Part shown: positions 12,563-25,122 of the stretch, in pieces | Layout of the letters: every line of letters begins with the position of its first letter | Numbering within the stretch: the stretch's first letter is position 1 | Assembly: GCA_030141605.1 (NCBI GenBank) | Contig: JAQGDQ010000291.1 | Span: 1-33,146, forward strand | Source of the DNA: Tubiluchus corallicola | Taxonomy: Eukaryota; Animalia; Priapulida | DNA length: 33,146 nt | Reading direction: 5' to 3' | The notes under the pieces: generated by a model | Database searches by the model: none | Told to the model about the DNA's origin: nothing | Seen by the model: only the letters and a program-made list of their open reading frames with translations | Program-made: the position numbers and the translations under genes

Positions 12563-12631
12563 ATGAAAAGAAGTGTACTGGAAGCCAAAATTACAGATGT
12601 TCAGAAACGTAGATATCCAAGTAAACACTAT
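12563..12631 (+). CDS. SH3PXD2A: Tks-like exon 1 (PX)
   Basis: MKRSVLEAKITDVQKRRYPSKHY then GTAAGT donor. Confidence 0.9.
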
Positions 12632-15600
12632 GTAAGTGAATTGGTGAATTCATGAATGTTAATGTAAATCCTAAATTTTACTAACATTAAAGATTATGAT
12701 AAAAGCTTTGCAGCTCAGTTTCAGAATACTTTATTACATTTTAGCCTTTCTGCAAAGTGACATAGTAGCAGTGTTTAATTGACAGTTTCTTCTGTAATAT
12801 GTGTGCTTAACTTCCTAAGTCGTCATAAGACTCTAAAATTGTCGTCATTAATTTTATTGTGTTTTTGAGTTCTTGACAACCTTTATAAATTTGACATCAC
12901 CAGTTAATCTCATTTAATCTCAGTGTTCTGCTAAAGTAAATGAACAGCTGAAATGCAAGAGTCAGCACTACAAATATTATTTGAGTAGATGTGTAAGAAA
13001 CAGAAGTACCCATAACTATAAAAGTAGCCCACTGTCTAAGGTTGTACTCCTTTGATCATCATCATATGAATTGCCCATAGATTAATGGGCAGGCAGTAAG
13101 GCAATATTGTTTCAAATACTGAATCGTGGCGGGCAGAATCGGACTGATTTTTGTTTAAAAAAGACGAAAAAATGAGCACCAGTGAAATTTTTGAAAAAAG
13201 AAAAATTAATGGCTTGTCTAATGTTTTATGCTTGCTGCATATTGTTTTTAAGTATGCTTTTAAATAGTATATGTAAATTTAAATAGTAGAAATTAAATAA
13301 TTAGAGCACAGTCTTTTTACAACCAGCCAAGTTTGATATTTTGAAGGAATTATACTGAATTGAATTATTCACTTCACACTCAAATGACTGACTTCTAGTA
13401 AAATGATATCATAGCATAAAAGAGTATAAAACGATAACTATAGATATGAAATCCGATTTAATTTGGGAGTAAATCATGATTTGAGCTTTGAATTGTTTTG
13501 AAGGCTTTAAGATCTAAGTAGTTATTCTCATGTCTGTTCTTATAAAGGAACTAACGCAAGTTTGTCCTGCATGTGAACATATGATACAGTAATGTTGTAC
13601 ATTCTGTGGATAACTTGTGTGTTAACTCATCGTAATTGCTAATTGATTGGTCATCCTACAGCGTGGGTTCCTAACCTTGGGGTCGTGACTTCAGTTGTGG
13701 TCGCCAAGCACTTTTCGTGGGGTTGCAGGCTAATCCAAAAACTATTTTTTTAAAAATGCTGTTTTCATGAAATGTATGTAAGTAGGTCTTGTTTCCTCAG
13801 TCTCTCATTACATCATTTTGGTCTGGAAAGTTAAACTGGGTTTCTCCCGCTTTAAATGCGGTATACCAGTGCTTGATTTTCCGGAATAATGAAAATGCAT
13901 GTTGTTCCATGCTGTACACTTGTGCACAGTGTACACCACCCGAAAGCGTGTCGCTTCATTTACCTTGGATACCTATTGCATTGCAACACTAGTCGCTGAG
14001 AAACAGGTGCAACTGTCACATTAATGAATTAATGAAACAATTACTCTATTTGTTGAATAGTAAGTTAAAATTAATAAATGCAAATGCTAATGATGTTTAA
14101 TAGTACAACATGTGACTATGTTTTTTGTGGGTCTTGATATCATGGAGGGTTCTGGAAACGGGTCGCTGTTAACAAAAATTTGGGAACCACTGTCTTACAC
14201 ATTGTTGTCATTGTGTACATCTTTTTTAAGCTGGTAGAAAAACAAGTTGTAAGCATTGTCAACACCTTCCATGTAATGTTCTATTATATAAGTAAATGTG
14301 TATTTTCAAATAGTTTAATTAGAATAATTTTTCAGGATTATTGTGATGTTTTCATGTAGTTTTTTGTCGCTGTTGCAATGTTAACATTGGTTCCTTGACA
14401 AAGCTGCACACCTTATAAAAGCTTTAATGCTAGTTGTAAACATTTGATGTTTCAGGTGTATGTAATTCACGTCACGTGGTCTGATGGAACAATTAATGTA
14501 CTCTATCGGCGCTACAATGCATTCTTTGAAATGCAGGTTTGATATATTGTAGAATATAATATGGATTTTCACAGTTTAAATGCATGGTTTATGGCTGACT
14601 AGTACTGAGCTAAAGATGAAAACCAATTTTTAAATATCTTAATTTTCAAATACAAGTTATATGGTTAATATGGCACATCTTGTCAGGTGAGCTAGTTTAA
14701 AATTTTACAAATGTGTTTTAAACTTGTGTGCTTGATCGACAATTTAGCATATTGAGATACAATTCAGTTAATAATGTGCAAAGCAATTCTTTTGAACGAT
14801 CATTAGAGGCTGAACGAATAATAATATAAACTCAAATAGTTTAGGTTTTCTGATTTTTGCATTAAATATCTTATTGCTTGGCTTGTCCTGTGTCTGTTGT
14901 TGAATAAGCAGTGTTAAACGTAACATTTGAAATTATGAAAATGCTTACAGGGTTTAAATAATGAAAAGATATTTGTTTTCTTAGAAAGCATAGTTACAGC
15001 GAGTCTCGATATATTTACTGATTCTTTAATTGTATTCTAAGTTTGTTTGGATTAAATTAGGTTAGACATAACTAATTGTTTCTTGTAAATTATTGATATT
15101 GTTAAACGTTTTATTATTAATTCTTTTAAAATTACCTTAACATAAATTTACCTGTAGAACAAGCGCTCACTCACTGCGTTTTGAAATTGGATGGTATATA
15201 AGACCTCCTATTCCTCGAGAGAAGCGTCTATGAGCCAAGTGTAACGAAGTCGGTGACGAATGACATTTTGTTCTATTTTGTTCTAAGCATAACACACTGC
15301 CCGCAACTTCCTCGTAATTACAATCACGCGTTCTATTCCAGGCTGTTACTTTTTAAATATTGATGACAAACTAACTTGTATGATGCAATCTTATGATGTC
15401 ACTGTTCAGTGTGCTGTAGCTAAGTTTGTTCGCATTTGTATGTAAAATTTTGTTGTATGATTTAGATTCCGATTCATTTTATTTTCCTTTCTGTACATAC
15501 CACACTTACAATTATTACTAAATTAAAAATGCAATTCAAGGGAAGGGTGGGGGAGAAACTAAATAGGTGCTTGTTGTTTGATCAGCCCCGTTGGCCAAAA

Positions 15601-18600
15601 ATCAATAAATTACTACTTAACAGTATCTGCATTTTTGTTCTTCAAAGTGCAGTTTTCAAAGTCTAGTGGACGTAAGTTGGCAAACTTTTTGAGTCTTTAG
15701 TTTGTATCTTCTTACTACGTGTTTATTGTGTTGCACAAAGACTGGGTCACTAGTAATGCTTTGCAAATTATTTTCAAATTTTGCTCATTAACATGTATGT
15801 CTGACAGCCATTATTCTTGTCCTTATACAGTAGCTGGTATCTGCTAAAGTCACACATCTTTTACTGATCTTGACGCTAACACTTTATTCTAGTACTTGTA
15901 TTCATTACGTCGCACGACTATTTTTCTTTGAGCGCTGATAAAATTTTTTTAGTGTCGCCTGCTGGACAGTTTTCCAGAGGAGGGCGGAGCAGCTAATCCC
16001 AGGGATCGGATGATTCCGTTTCTTCCGGGTAAGTTTATTATCATGAAGGTTGAGAGAGAGAATTACATACATCTTCTGAAAGTAATAATACTATTTAAAT
16101 TACGTTGAAACTTTCGTTATTAAAATTTATCCAGTGCTGGGATAAATCCAGTTTATCTGGGGTCTTTTGTAGTGCTTATATTGATGTGTATTTAGTATGT
16201 TTCGGTGATGTCTGTCATGTAAGAGGCCAAGTTAAGTTACTAAATTCTTTTGTCAATATCTAGATGACCTTGATAATTTTAAGTTCCAAGGTTAAAATTT
16301 TCCATTAATTTCATAATTTGTAGTAAAACTTTGTCATCCAAAGTACTCAACTGTGCTGAAATTAGTTAGCGTTCAACTTGCTACTCAAAAATTGTTTCAA
16401 ACTTGTTATTCGAGACAACAAAAACTGTAAAAGTAACCTTGATCTAAGTAGCATAAGGTTGTCATTTGTTTTATTATAGCTAGTGCATCAGTTATTTGTT
16501 ATTCATTTAGTTTAAAACCAGTATGGCCTTGCAGGTACATGCAACCTTGCTTCTTTTAGTGTCATTATTGCATTGTCAAATTAGTTTGTTGGTTATTTTT
16601 CTTTTAATTAGGTAATTTTGTCCATAGAACTCTGATTTACTAATTTTGTTTTCACTTCGTTTTGCGTAAATTTGCATAATTTTATTTACCATAATTGTTT
16701 GCTATTAATTTAATTTTGGTCTGTTTTTCCTATTCAAATCTTTATTTTGTTCAAAAAATATTTGCTCTTGAAATTAGTAGACTCATTATTTAGGTATGGC
16801 AGACTAGATGATCTTTTGGTCTTTCACCATCCCGCCCTTCTTTAATCTTTGTAAATCATTGTTATATACTATCTATGACTGTTATTTTGAAGGCAAAAAA
16901 TAAATTATTATTATATCTATTATTATTATTATTATTATAGCTGGTGCATTGTATTTGTGATTGCATTGCTAGAACCTGTACACTATGCAATGTGTATTAT
17001 TAAAATGATGGAACTGTAAGCATGTTTTGCTCATGTAGGAAAAATACTACTTTTCTATTTTTTGAAAATTTTGGAAAATTTCAAAGATTTTGGATTTTTT
17101 GCTGCGCAATTTATTTTAATTTGAGTAAGCAATTTTGAGCTCTAGCCGCTTAAATTCTTACAAACTAGATTTCGTTACCTGTCTCTTTAGGGCGAGTCAG
17201 TAACAGTTCAAAATCTCGGCCGTTTCACCTAATTTGCTAAATGGCTGCAAGGCACGCGTGAGATAAAATGCTAGTTTTGCTGTAAGAAAGGGAGTGCCGT
17301 GTTTTGAAATGTATTTCTGCATTCACATTCACGAGAACATGCGGTGTTCTTTGGAAAATGAATATTGTGCAAGCAGGTATACCGTGTGTCCCAGAAAATG
17401 CAGTTTTTTGCATTACTCATTTCCTTTCAAACTTGTTTGTTCTGTAAAATGCCTGCAATTTAAAAAAATTACACGTCGCGTATTTACAGCACCATGATAT
17501 TATGATCTGCACCTGGATATTTGTTTAACTAAACTATAATTTGAGGCATTGCAGTTCACCTGTGTCTTCTCCCATAATGGCCCAATTTAGCTTCTCTCGC
17601 TTCATAGAGTTTAAAACTAAATTCGTACATCTGTGTATATCTATGCGGCTATGTTGAAACAAATTGTTAGTATAATCTGGAAATCATTACCCAAGCTCTG
17701 CCAGCTGATTAAACCATCGTTGAGTATACGTTGGTTTTGTAATTTTCGTGTAAGAAAATTGATTTTCAGAAACAAAATATCTATCTAGAGCCAAAATGTG
17801 AAGTAAATCATTTTTTTATCCTGTCAAGCTGTATTGATTCAAGGAATTGTTAAAGTATATTGATCATTCATAGCATGTTCATTTTCATTGTTCTGTATTT
17901 GACCAATACTAAAACATGAGACTGGATATTCACTCTAAATCATTTGACCCTAATTTACTACTTAGTAACAGCATTTTCTTTGTTTGAAGTTTCTCTTATT
18001 GAGTTTTGTTTGTTTAGCAACGACACGCCACCGATTTTCGCACCGTTTTGCGGTACAATCCGCTCGTAAATAGCTTGGTAATAGCAGCAGTCCAAGTTTG
18101 TTTTACGACTAGGGGAACTGCTATTTTACCAATTATTGGATATAGGCAACTTGTGCAAGTTTGAAGTGCAAAGATAATGTTTAAGATGTCAACAATGAAC
18201 TTTGTTTTGACTAAATGGGCATCTTGTTTTTACGAGTAAGCTCAGTCTGAACTGGGTCTTCTTTGTGTATTCTTTCTGTGATTGTCTTTTATAGAACATT
18301 GTTAACAATGTTGGTAATAAGTTTCAGTTCGTTTAGTTTCTTTTTAGAGTTAGACAAAGTTGTAGTTTTGGTAATTAATGTTCTACAAACAAACGTATAT
18401 CGCATACAGTCTGTCACAAGGGTGTACTAATTCAGCAGATTTTAAAATGCTGTTAATTAAAGATCTTTGGTTAAATCTGGGGCATATTTTCAACTACAGA
18501 CAGAGAACAATAATCACATTAGAAGAATTTTTGACATCATGCTGTGACCTTTGATGGCAATTTAACTTATTGTAAGATACACCAGAGGTTATGAATAAAT

Positions 18601-21600
18601 TCCTCTGTAAATCAATTTTTTGAAATATATAAATAAATTTCAATTGACATTATATAATTTGCAGTTTTAAATTGGGTTGTTGGCATATAAAAACAGTATT
18701 TAGTCCTTTAGTCAAGTGGAATTTATTGACTTTAAATTAAACATTTCATTTATTATAAATTGGTCTTATTTGATTGGATGCCCAATGAGTATATTGTTCA
18801 TTTTATGTTCATTCTCTACCAGCTTAATGTAAGCTAATAATAATTTCAGAGGAGTGATCATATTTGCATTAATTTTCATTATCTGCAAAGAAAAAATGCA
18901 TATCTCCTTTTATTTTATGAAATGATGTCACTCAAATGCACTGTATAGAACATATAAACTTAATTTCAACAAGTAAAAATTCGGGCCTAAAGTTAGTGCC
19001 TTGACTGTAGTGAAAAAACTTCTCCTTCTTCCCTCCCCCCTCTCTTTAACCAACTGTTATATGTCGTATGCTTAAGCTTACGATGTGACAGTGCATTGTG
19101 TAATTTTTCAGGCAAGATCCTGTTCCGGAGAAGTGAAGTATACGATGTAGCTGTCAAAAGGATGACCGCCCTAGATGAATATTGCGGGGTATTAGTTTAT
19201 TCTCTGTATAAAATTTCATATTCCATAGAATAGTATGCTTACTTTATTAATAAGACATGTATACATTAAGTACAGTAATTTATACTGCTGTACACACATG
19301 ACTGGGGGAATTCAGAATTCAGTAATGTGATTATTTCAAAAATTCAAAGTTTTTGCCCCCTAATTATAAAATTCATACATATAATGAGTGAAATAGGTCA
19401 TGAACTTTTGACCATTAATATTTTGCATTTGTATATGACTTAAAAGGAGAGTAATGTGGAAAGGTGGATCTTGAGCCTGGATTTGAGCCATTGGTCATTG
19501 ATCAACTGGACATTCACTATTCATGTAAATCCTGGCTAAGTTTTAATTTCGTTTCCAATTTTCATTACATAAATTTAGTAATTGTGGGTTCATTCGATCA
19601 AGATAGAGAATCCTGAAATTATGATAATGAATACGTGTAATTAGTTACTTAACTAACGAGTCTGGGTCACATTAAGTTAGTAACAACAATAACCTGTTTT
19701 ACCACAACATCAAATATAATTAGTAAGTAAGATGGTAATTGCCACTCTTAAATTAATATAAATTACCTCCTCTTGTTTATCCGTTTATTTAGTAATTGGG
19801 TATCTTAATGTAATATCCAATTTCTAATTGCCATTCCTAAGTTAATTTCAGTTATCTATTACTTACCAGTTTATTTAGTAACAGACTTTCTAAAAAATGC
19901 CATTAAGCAGATTTGAGATGAATTTGGTGAAACTAGACACTTGTTTGCTCACTCATGGTCTGCATTCGAGAGGTCACTAGACATTTATTGTGACCTCTCG
20001 AATGCAGACCTTGAACTTGTTGAATGGTTTAAGTAATTAAAAATCTCCCATTAAAATTAGTCAACTTAACAAAACCCCATTAATCTTACAATGTGCTGTA
20101 TAAATCAACCATGATTTAATCATAACTCATGTACTTTTGAAGGTTAAAATATCTACTGCTGCAACTAGATCCACTGCTTTACGACGCATTTTGAACACAT
20201 GCTAAAATAGTTTTTATTACAGAGGTTGATCAAGTTGCCGCCCAAGATATCAGAATGTGAGGAGGTACTGACATTTTTTGAGCCAACAGCTGATGACATC
20301 AATCCGCCAGCTATAATGTATGTTGAGCTTTCATGGCTGCTTGCTGAACTGGCCCGGCTTTGTTGATTTTTTTTTGTTAGGTGCTACGTTAAGTAGTAGA
20401 TCAGACCTGAATATTCAAATTATCATAAAATGTTTGTGTATTGCTCTACTGCAGGCTACGTTTCAACTTAAACGACTTTTCGAATTCCTTAATAAAGTTA
20501 TAGAGAAAAATATTGATTGGTAAGCATTTTAGAAAACTCAGGATAGTTCCTCCTTTACTTACTTTGTACTAATTGATTTTTTAAGTCGTTCTTTGTTGAT
20601 GATAAGTAGATAAATACTGTTTAGCTGAAGTTAGTGCTGTTATGTAGTCTCTGTTATGTAGTTGTAGGTTGTTATTTACAGTCGGCGATAATAGCTCTTT
20701 GATCTAATGTTAGTTGTTGACCCAAAAGCTGACTTTAAATAAAGATTATTATTATTATTATTATTATTATAGTGCTGAGTTAGTTTATTTCTGATATAGT
20801 TATGTCGTAATTATGAAAAAAATCTATTATTTTATTATAGACATAGACATTTTTATGTATCTCCTCATTTACACTAGTATACAAATTGACCATTTTTGTT
20901 ATAGTTATTGATTAAAAAGGATAAATTAAGCATAAAGGGAAGAGTTAGGGGGGTGCAGGAGAAAGGGTAGCGAAAGACCAATTGGTCATCAAGTTGACTA
21001 CCCTTCTCAGGTTAGTGTAACTTGTAAACAATTAACACTCAATATAAAGATTACAATCCAGTGTTTTACAATTAGGTAATGCAATCCACTGTTTTACAAT
21101 TAGATAATGCAATCCACTGTTTTACAATTAGATAATGCAATCCACTGTTTTACAATTAGATAATGCAATCCACTGTTTTACAATTAGATAATGCAATCCA
21201 CTGTTTTACAATTAGATAATGCAATCCACTGTTTTACAATTAGATAATGCAATCCACTGTTTTACAATTAGATAATGCAATCCACTGTTTTACAATTAGA
21301 TAATGCCGTCCACTGTTTTACAATTAGATAATGCAATCCACTGTTTTACAATTAGATAATGCAATCCACTGTTTTACAATTAGATAATGCCATCCACTGT
21401 TTTACAATTAGATAATGCAATCCACTGTTTTACAATTAGATAATGCAATCCACTGTTTTACAATTAGATAATGCAATCCACTGTTTTACAATTAGATAAT
21501 GCAATCCACTGTTTTACAATTAGATAATGCAATCCACTGTTTTACAATTAGATAATGCCATCCACTGTTTTACAATTGGATAATGCAATCCACTGTTTTA

Positions 21601-24600
21601 CAATTAGATAATGCAATCCACTGTTTTACAATTAGATAATGCAATCCACTGTTTTACAATTAGATAATGCAATCCACTGTTTTACAATTAAACAATGCAA
21701 TCCACTGTTTTACAATTAGATAATGCAATCCACTGTTTTACAATTAGATAATGCAATCCACTGTTTTACAATTAGATAATGCAATCCACTGTTTTACAAT
21801 TAGATAATGCAATCCACTGTTTTACAATTAGATAAGAATTTACAGTGAGGATTATAATGATGTTTTTATTTATTCTTGTAGGTCAGTTAAAACAACAAAA
21901 GGAGAACAGATATCTAGTCCAATGGCACTAGAACAATACACTGCAGTGACCGACTATAAGAAAGTGTACAAGGAAGAAATAAGTTTAAAAGCAGGAATGA
22001 TGGTCGAAGTGATAGAGAAAAAAGAAACTGGTAATTTGATTTTACTGTTTAATTAATGCACTAATTAATAATGGTTCTTCTTCGTCATAGTAAACCTAAG
22101 CTTGACTAACATGCTTTGCATAGTTTGCCAGTTAGTTACTGAATTCTAAACCTGTGAGTATATGCTGGTTTGTTGAATCTGTAAATATAATTGTAAGCAT
22201 ACGTGTAAATAAATATGCGAGTATATCAACAGAAATAGCAAGTATATGAAAGTGCACACGTGATAATTCTAGTAGATTTAAGTATTAGATTGTGAAATAT
22301 GTAATACTTCCAATAAGTTATATGTTATTAGTGTTTTGAGTAAAAGTACTATAACCTTTCATAAATGAGTCGGGTTGTCGAGTTGTATTAAAGTAAATTC
22401 AAGAAATTACATTTCTACCATGAGCTGGGATAGATAGATAGATGGGTAGGCAGGTAGGTAGGTAGGGGTAGGTAGGTAGGTAGGCAGGCAGGCAGGCAGA
22501 CAGACAGACAGACAGACAGATAGATAGATAGAAACACTGACTCATCCAACACTGACACTGTTTCTGAATCATTCGAAATACTATACCACTATAGTATGGA
22601 CAAAACCATTATATGGTGATCTATATTTTTTTGAAGAAACAAGCACTTGTGACTTGCAATTTTAAATTGTACCCTAAATCATAATTTATACACTAAAATT
22701 GTCATTCATATACTATTAAATTTCTTTTTTTTTCCAAATCTAATAGTTGTAGGACACTACTAAAAAGTTCAATAGACAATGTTTTAGAAATTTAGATATT
22801 TGTTTATTGATACAGCAATTTCAGTACAATCTATGTTCATAACAACAATTTTTGTGAATAAGACATTTTCTGAGATACTGCAGTGACAGAAACTTACTTT
22901 TCTTCTTTAAAACGGTGTTTCTTGGGTGTGTATTCTACATTATATGACATAAATTCACTTTAGGATAATGTACTATGAATTTTTTAGTTGTGGGTAAAAA
23001 GCTTGAATTGCCCATTAAAACTTTTGAACTTCGCATTCTATGTTATGTTGTCTTTCTTCATGTTTTGAGAAATATTTAAGATCACGCTGTATTAGCTGCA
23101 CATTGCTTGATTACAGGTTGGTGGTACATTAGTGTGGATGGTGAAAAGGGTTGGGTGCCTGGAAACTATCTTATTAAAGACGGTTTTGATCAGGGTCATA
23201 GAGAAAGCTTTTCATCAGGTGAAGCGTTCACTGCTTATCCTCTGAAACTTGATATCGTGTGTTTGTTTATATCAGGTGGCGCAAAAAAAATGTGCTGAGG
23301 TTTTTTTCATGATTTTATAAAAACAAAAGGATAGGATCAATTGAAATTTGCCACATCGAATGCTACTGATACTTACGTGTGAACAGCAAAGATTTCAATC
23401 ATCCCGTCAGATTTTTCCAAAGATGCAGAAGTTTTACAGCAGCAAGTCAGAAAAATAAATGCCGGAAAAATTATTTTGTGTGACTATTGTTAAAATTTGC
23501 GGCATGCGCTGTATGTGCCCGCCATTTTCAAGGCAACCTAAATGAAGACATTTCTGCAAATAGCTGACACGGTTTCTCACTTCTTTGAGGTCCCAGCTCC
23601 CTGAGTTGCTTTGCATCAAACAGCTCCGTAAGGCCATCATAGAGATTTTGTTTAATTGAATGCCAGATACCGCAATCCAGCGGATTAATTCCCATTTTTT
23701 CATGAATACTTTATTTTATCCGTTGATGACCATGATGTAAGCTGGTTGATTTCTTCATCGCTTTGCTGCCAATTATTGAGTGTTTTACACATCAACGTGG
23801 CTGTTTTTCAGTTGATCACTATTGCTATTATTCCAGCATTTAATTTTTTAACATACAAAAGATTTTTTGCCATAGAGTAAAAATCGCTAAAATTATAAAC
23901 TTGTAACTTTCGCCTCTAAAGATTAATGTTTTGTAATATCAGGCTGCGAAATTTTAACTCTGTAGGCTACTCGCTTCTAGTGTTGTTGTAGTTTGAACGT
24001 TCGCACTTTTTTCTGCACCACCCGGTATATTTTTAAATAACACGCACCTCTGCCAATTGTAAGTGTTCTAAAACTCATACTGTTTGCCTGTTACTCAAAA
24101 TTTCATAGTCAGGGCATTCTTACAAGCTTGGCTTCTTTAATGCACTGCAGCACAAATCATTTAAGTGGGTGTCTCTTTATCTTTTTTCAACATTTGCTTC
24201 TTATTGGGTATCGTACTGTTTGTTAATCGTTGAATTATTGAAAACTTTGTTTCTTTTTAATGTATTTGTGTTGATGTGAGATAAACGATCTTGAAAATCT
24301 TGAAAAATATTGTTAACTATTATATGGCAAGCAATAAATTAATGTAGTTTATCTGTGCTTTTAATTTAATTCTCTTTTAGCTTTGGTTGGGATTTTTTCA
24401 CAAAGCAAATAAGGTGTTCAGTATTATGCTCAACTCCTAAGACACAAGATGTGCTTCGTATTTAGAAAAATGTTTAATTGTATTCAATTTAATGCAATGG
24501 TGAAACAAAATTCAGGGTTTAAAACAAGGGTGAAACACTACTTATGCTACTTGGTAAAGAAGTTTCGAGGAGCACATTTACATTAAATGTTGGCATCCTT

Positions 24601-25122
24601 CTGTCTCAGAAGACAATGGAGTGTGCACCAAGAGAGTCAATTATTGAATTTTTTATTTTTTCTGTCAGGCGTCGAGCATTACATAGCTGTTCAACCTTAC
24701 ATGGCAGCAAGGCAGGATGAGATTACTTTTGAGAAAGGTGCTATAGTAACTGTGATAGAAAAAAATTTCCACGGATGGTGGCGTGTTAGGTAATTATGTT
24801 AATAAACTTGAGCAGTTAGTGCAAGACTGGTAAGGTAACCGTAGTGTCAGAGAGAGAGAGTTACATTTTGCTGCTGTAACATTTTATCAAAGTAAGTTAA
24901 TACTTTTATTCAATGTTTAATTACGCTGAAAACTTGTGGAAATCTGCTAAAAAAAATTTAGGGGATTTAGCAAAATGGTCTGTAGTGATTCGTTTTAGTT
25001 TGAAATTGTCAGAGCATCAATGGTAGTGATCTTCATTTTCCAGCAAAATAGTTAACCTGTCTATTTGTTTTATTAGTTATAATGGCATGGATGGCTTAGC
25101 GCCAGCCACCTATTTGCAAAAG
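12563..25122 (+). CDS. SH3PXD2A: SH3 and PX domain protein (Tks5/Tks4-like, p47phox organizer family), 9 coding exons, 816 nt / 272 aa, PX-SH3-SH3; ends at the inversion junction
   Basis: Join of 12563-12631, 14456-14536, 15953-16028, 19112-19188, 20223-20317, 21882-22030, 23117-23218, 24669-24789, 25077-25122. All introns GT-AG, frame continuous. Motifs [38 protein letters not shown]...GWVP.NYL and second SH3 DEITFEKG...GWW...APATYL match remembered Tks5/Tks4. Confidence 0.93.
13662..14192. mobile_element. Non-autonomous hAT (Charlie-like) MITE, about 530 bp, in intron 1
   Basis: Right end TTGGGAACCACTG; degenerate left end CGTGGGTTCCTAACC; subterminal GGGTCG-like motifs; imperfect 8-bp TSD TCCTACAG / TCTTACAC (6/8). 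Confidence 0.7.
14456..14536 (+). CDS. SH3PXD2A: Tks-like exon 2 (PX)
   Basis: TTTCAG / VYVIHVTWSDGTINVLYRRYNAFFEMQ / GTTTGA. Confidence 0.93.
15953..16028 (+). CDS. SH3PXD2A: Tks-like exon 3 (PX)
   Basis: TTTTAG / CRLLDSFPEEGGAANPRDRMIPFLP(G) / GTAAGT. Confidence 0.93.
19112..19188 (+). CDS. SH3PXD2A: Tks-like exon 4 (PX)
   Basis: TTTCAG / (G)[25 protein letters not shown] / GTATTA. Confidence 0.93.
19957..20010. repeat. Perfect 21-bp inverted repeat with 12-nt loop, left arm only
   Basis: GGTCTGCATTCGAGAGGTCAC-tagacatttatt-GTGACCTCTCGAATGCAGACC. Confidence 0.92.
20223..20317 (+). CDS. SH3PXD2A: Tks-like exon 5 (end of PX)
   Basis: TTACAG / [31 protein letters not shown](M) / GTATGT. Confidence 0.92.
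21054..21835. repeat. 28-bp minisatellite, about 28 near-identical copies, in intron 5 of the plus copy
   Basis: Unit TCCACTGTTTTACAATTAGATAATGCAA at 21057, 21085, 21113 ... 21813. Confidence 0.96.
21882..22030 (+). CDS. SH3PXD2A: Tks-like exon 6 (SH3-1 N-terminal half)
   Basis: TTGTAG / SVKTTKGEQISSPMALEQYTAVTDYKKVYKEEISLKAGMMVEVIEKKET(G) / GTAATT. Confidence 0.92.
22429..22532. repeat. Compound tetranucleotide microsatellite (GATA/GGTA/GGCA/GACA)
   Basis: Directly visible; counterpart at 27331-27536. Confidence 0.92.
23117..23218 (+). CDS. SH3PXD2A: Tks-like exon 7 (SH3-1 C-terminal half)
   Basis: TTACAG / (G)WWYISVDGEKGWVPGNYLIKDGFDQGHRESFSS(G) / GTGAAG. Confidence 0.93.
23272..24025. 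mobile_element. Tc1/mariner-type non-autonomous element (MITE), 754 bp, in intron 7
   Basis: TA at both flanks; imperfect ~24-bp TIRs TCAGGTGGCGCAAAAAAAATGTGC / GCACTTTTTTCTGCACCACCCGG; no transposase ORF. Confidence 0.75.
24669..24789 (+). CDS. SH3PXD2A: Tks-like exon 8 (SH3-2)
   Basis: TGTCAG / (G)VEHYIAVQPYMAARQDEITFEKGAIVTVIEKNFHGWWRV(S) / GTAATT. Confidence 0.93.
25077..25122 (+). CDS. SH3PXD2A: Tks-like exon 9 (end of SH3-2), abutting the inversion junction
   Basis: TATTAG / (S)YNGMDGLAPATYLQK then GT. Without splicing the frame reads on as VCCHVRLNSYVMLDA to TGA at 25168-25170. Confidence 0.88.

Larger units (their letters stand above)
16767..24710 (+). repeat. Left arm of large inverted duplication (7944 bp can be matched in this window)
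   Basis: Reverse complement of 25125-33146. Mirrored track ORFs 17294..17497 / 32423..32626, 23107..23298 / 26526..26732, 23434..23703 / 26121..26390. Confidence 0.97.

Noticed and set aside
17294-17497. 67-aa ORF identical in both arms (also 32423..32626)
   Set aside because: GTG start, intronic, no recognisable domain; identity extends through the non-coding flanks.
21054-21835. CRISPR-like 28-bp repeat
   Set aside because: Contiguous tandem units without spacers, inside a spliceosomal intron.
23434-23703. 89-aa ORF present in both arms (also 26121..26390)
   Set aside because: Lies inside the Tc1/mariner-type MITE; no recognisable transposase motif; its presence in both arms simply reflects the duplication.
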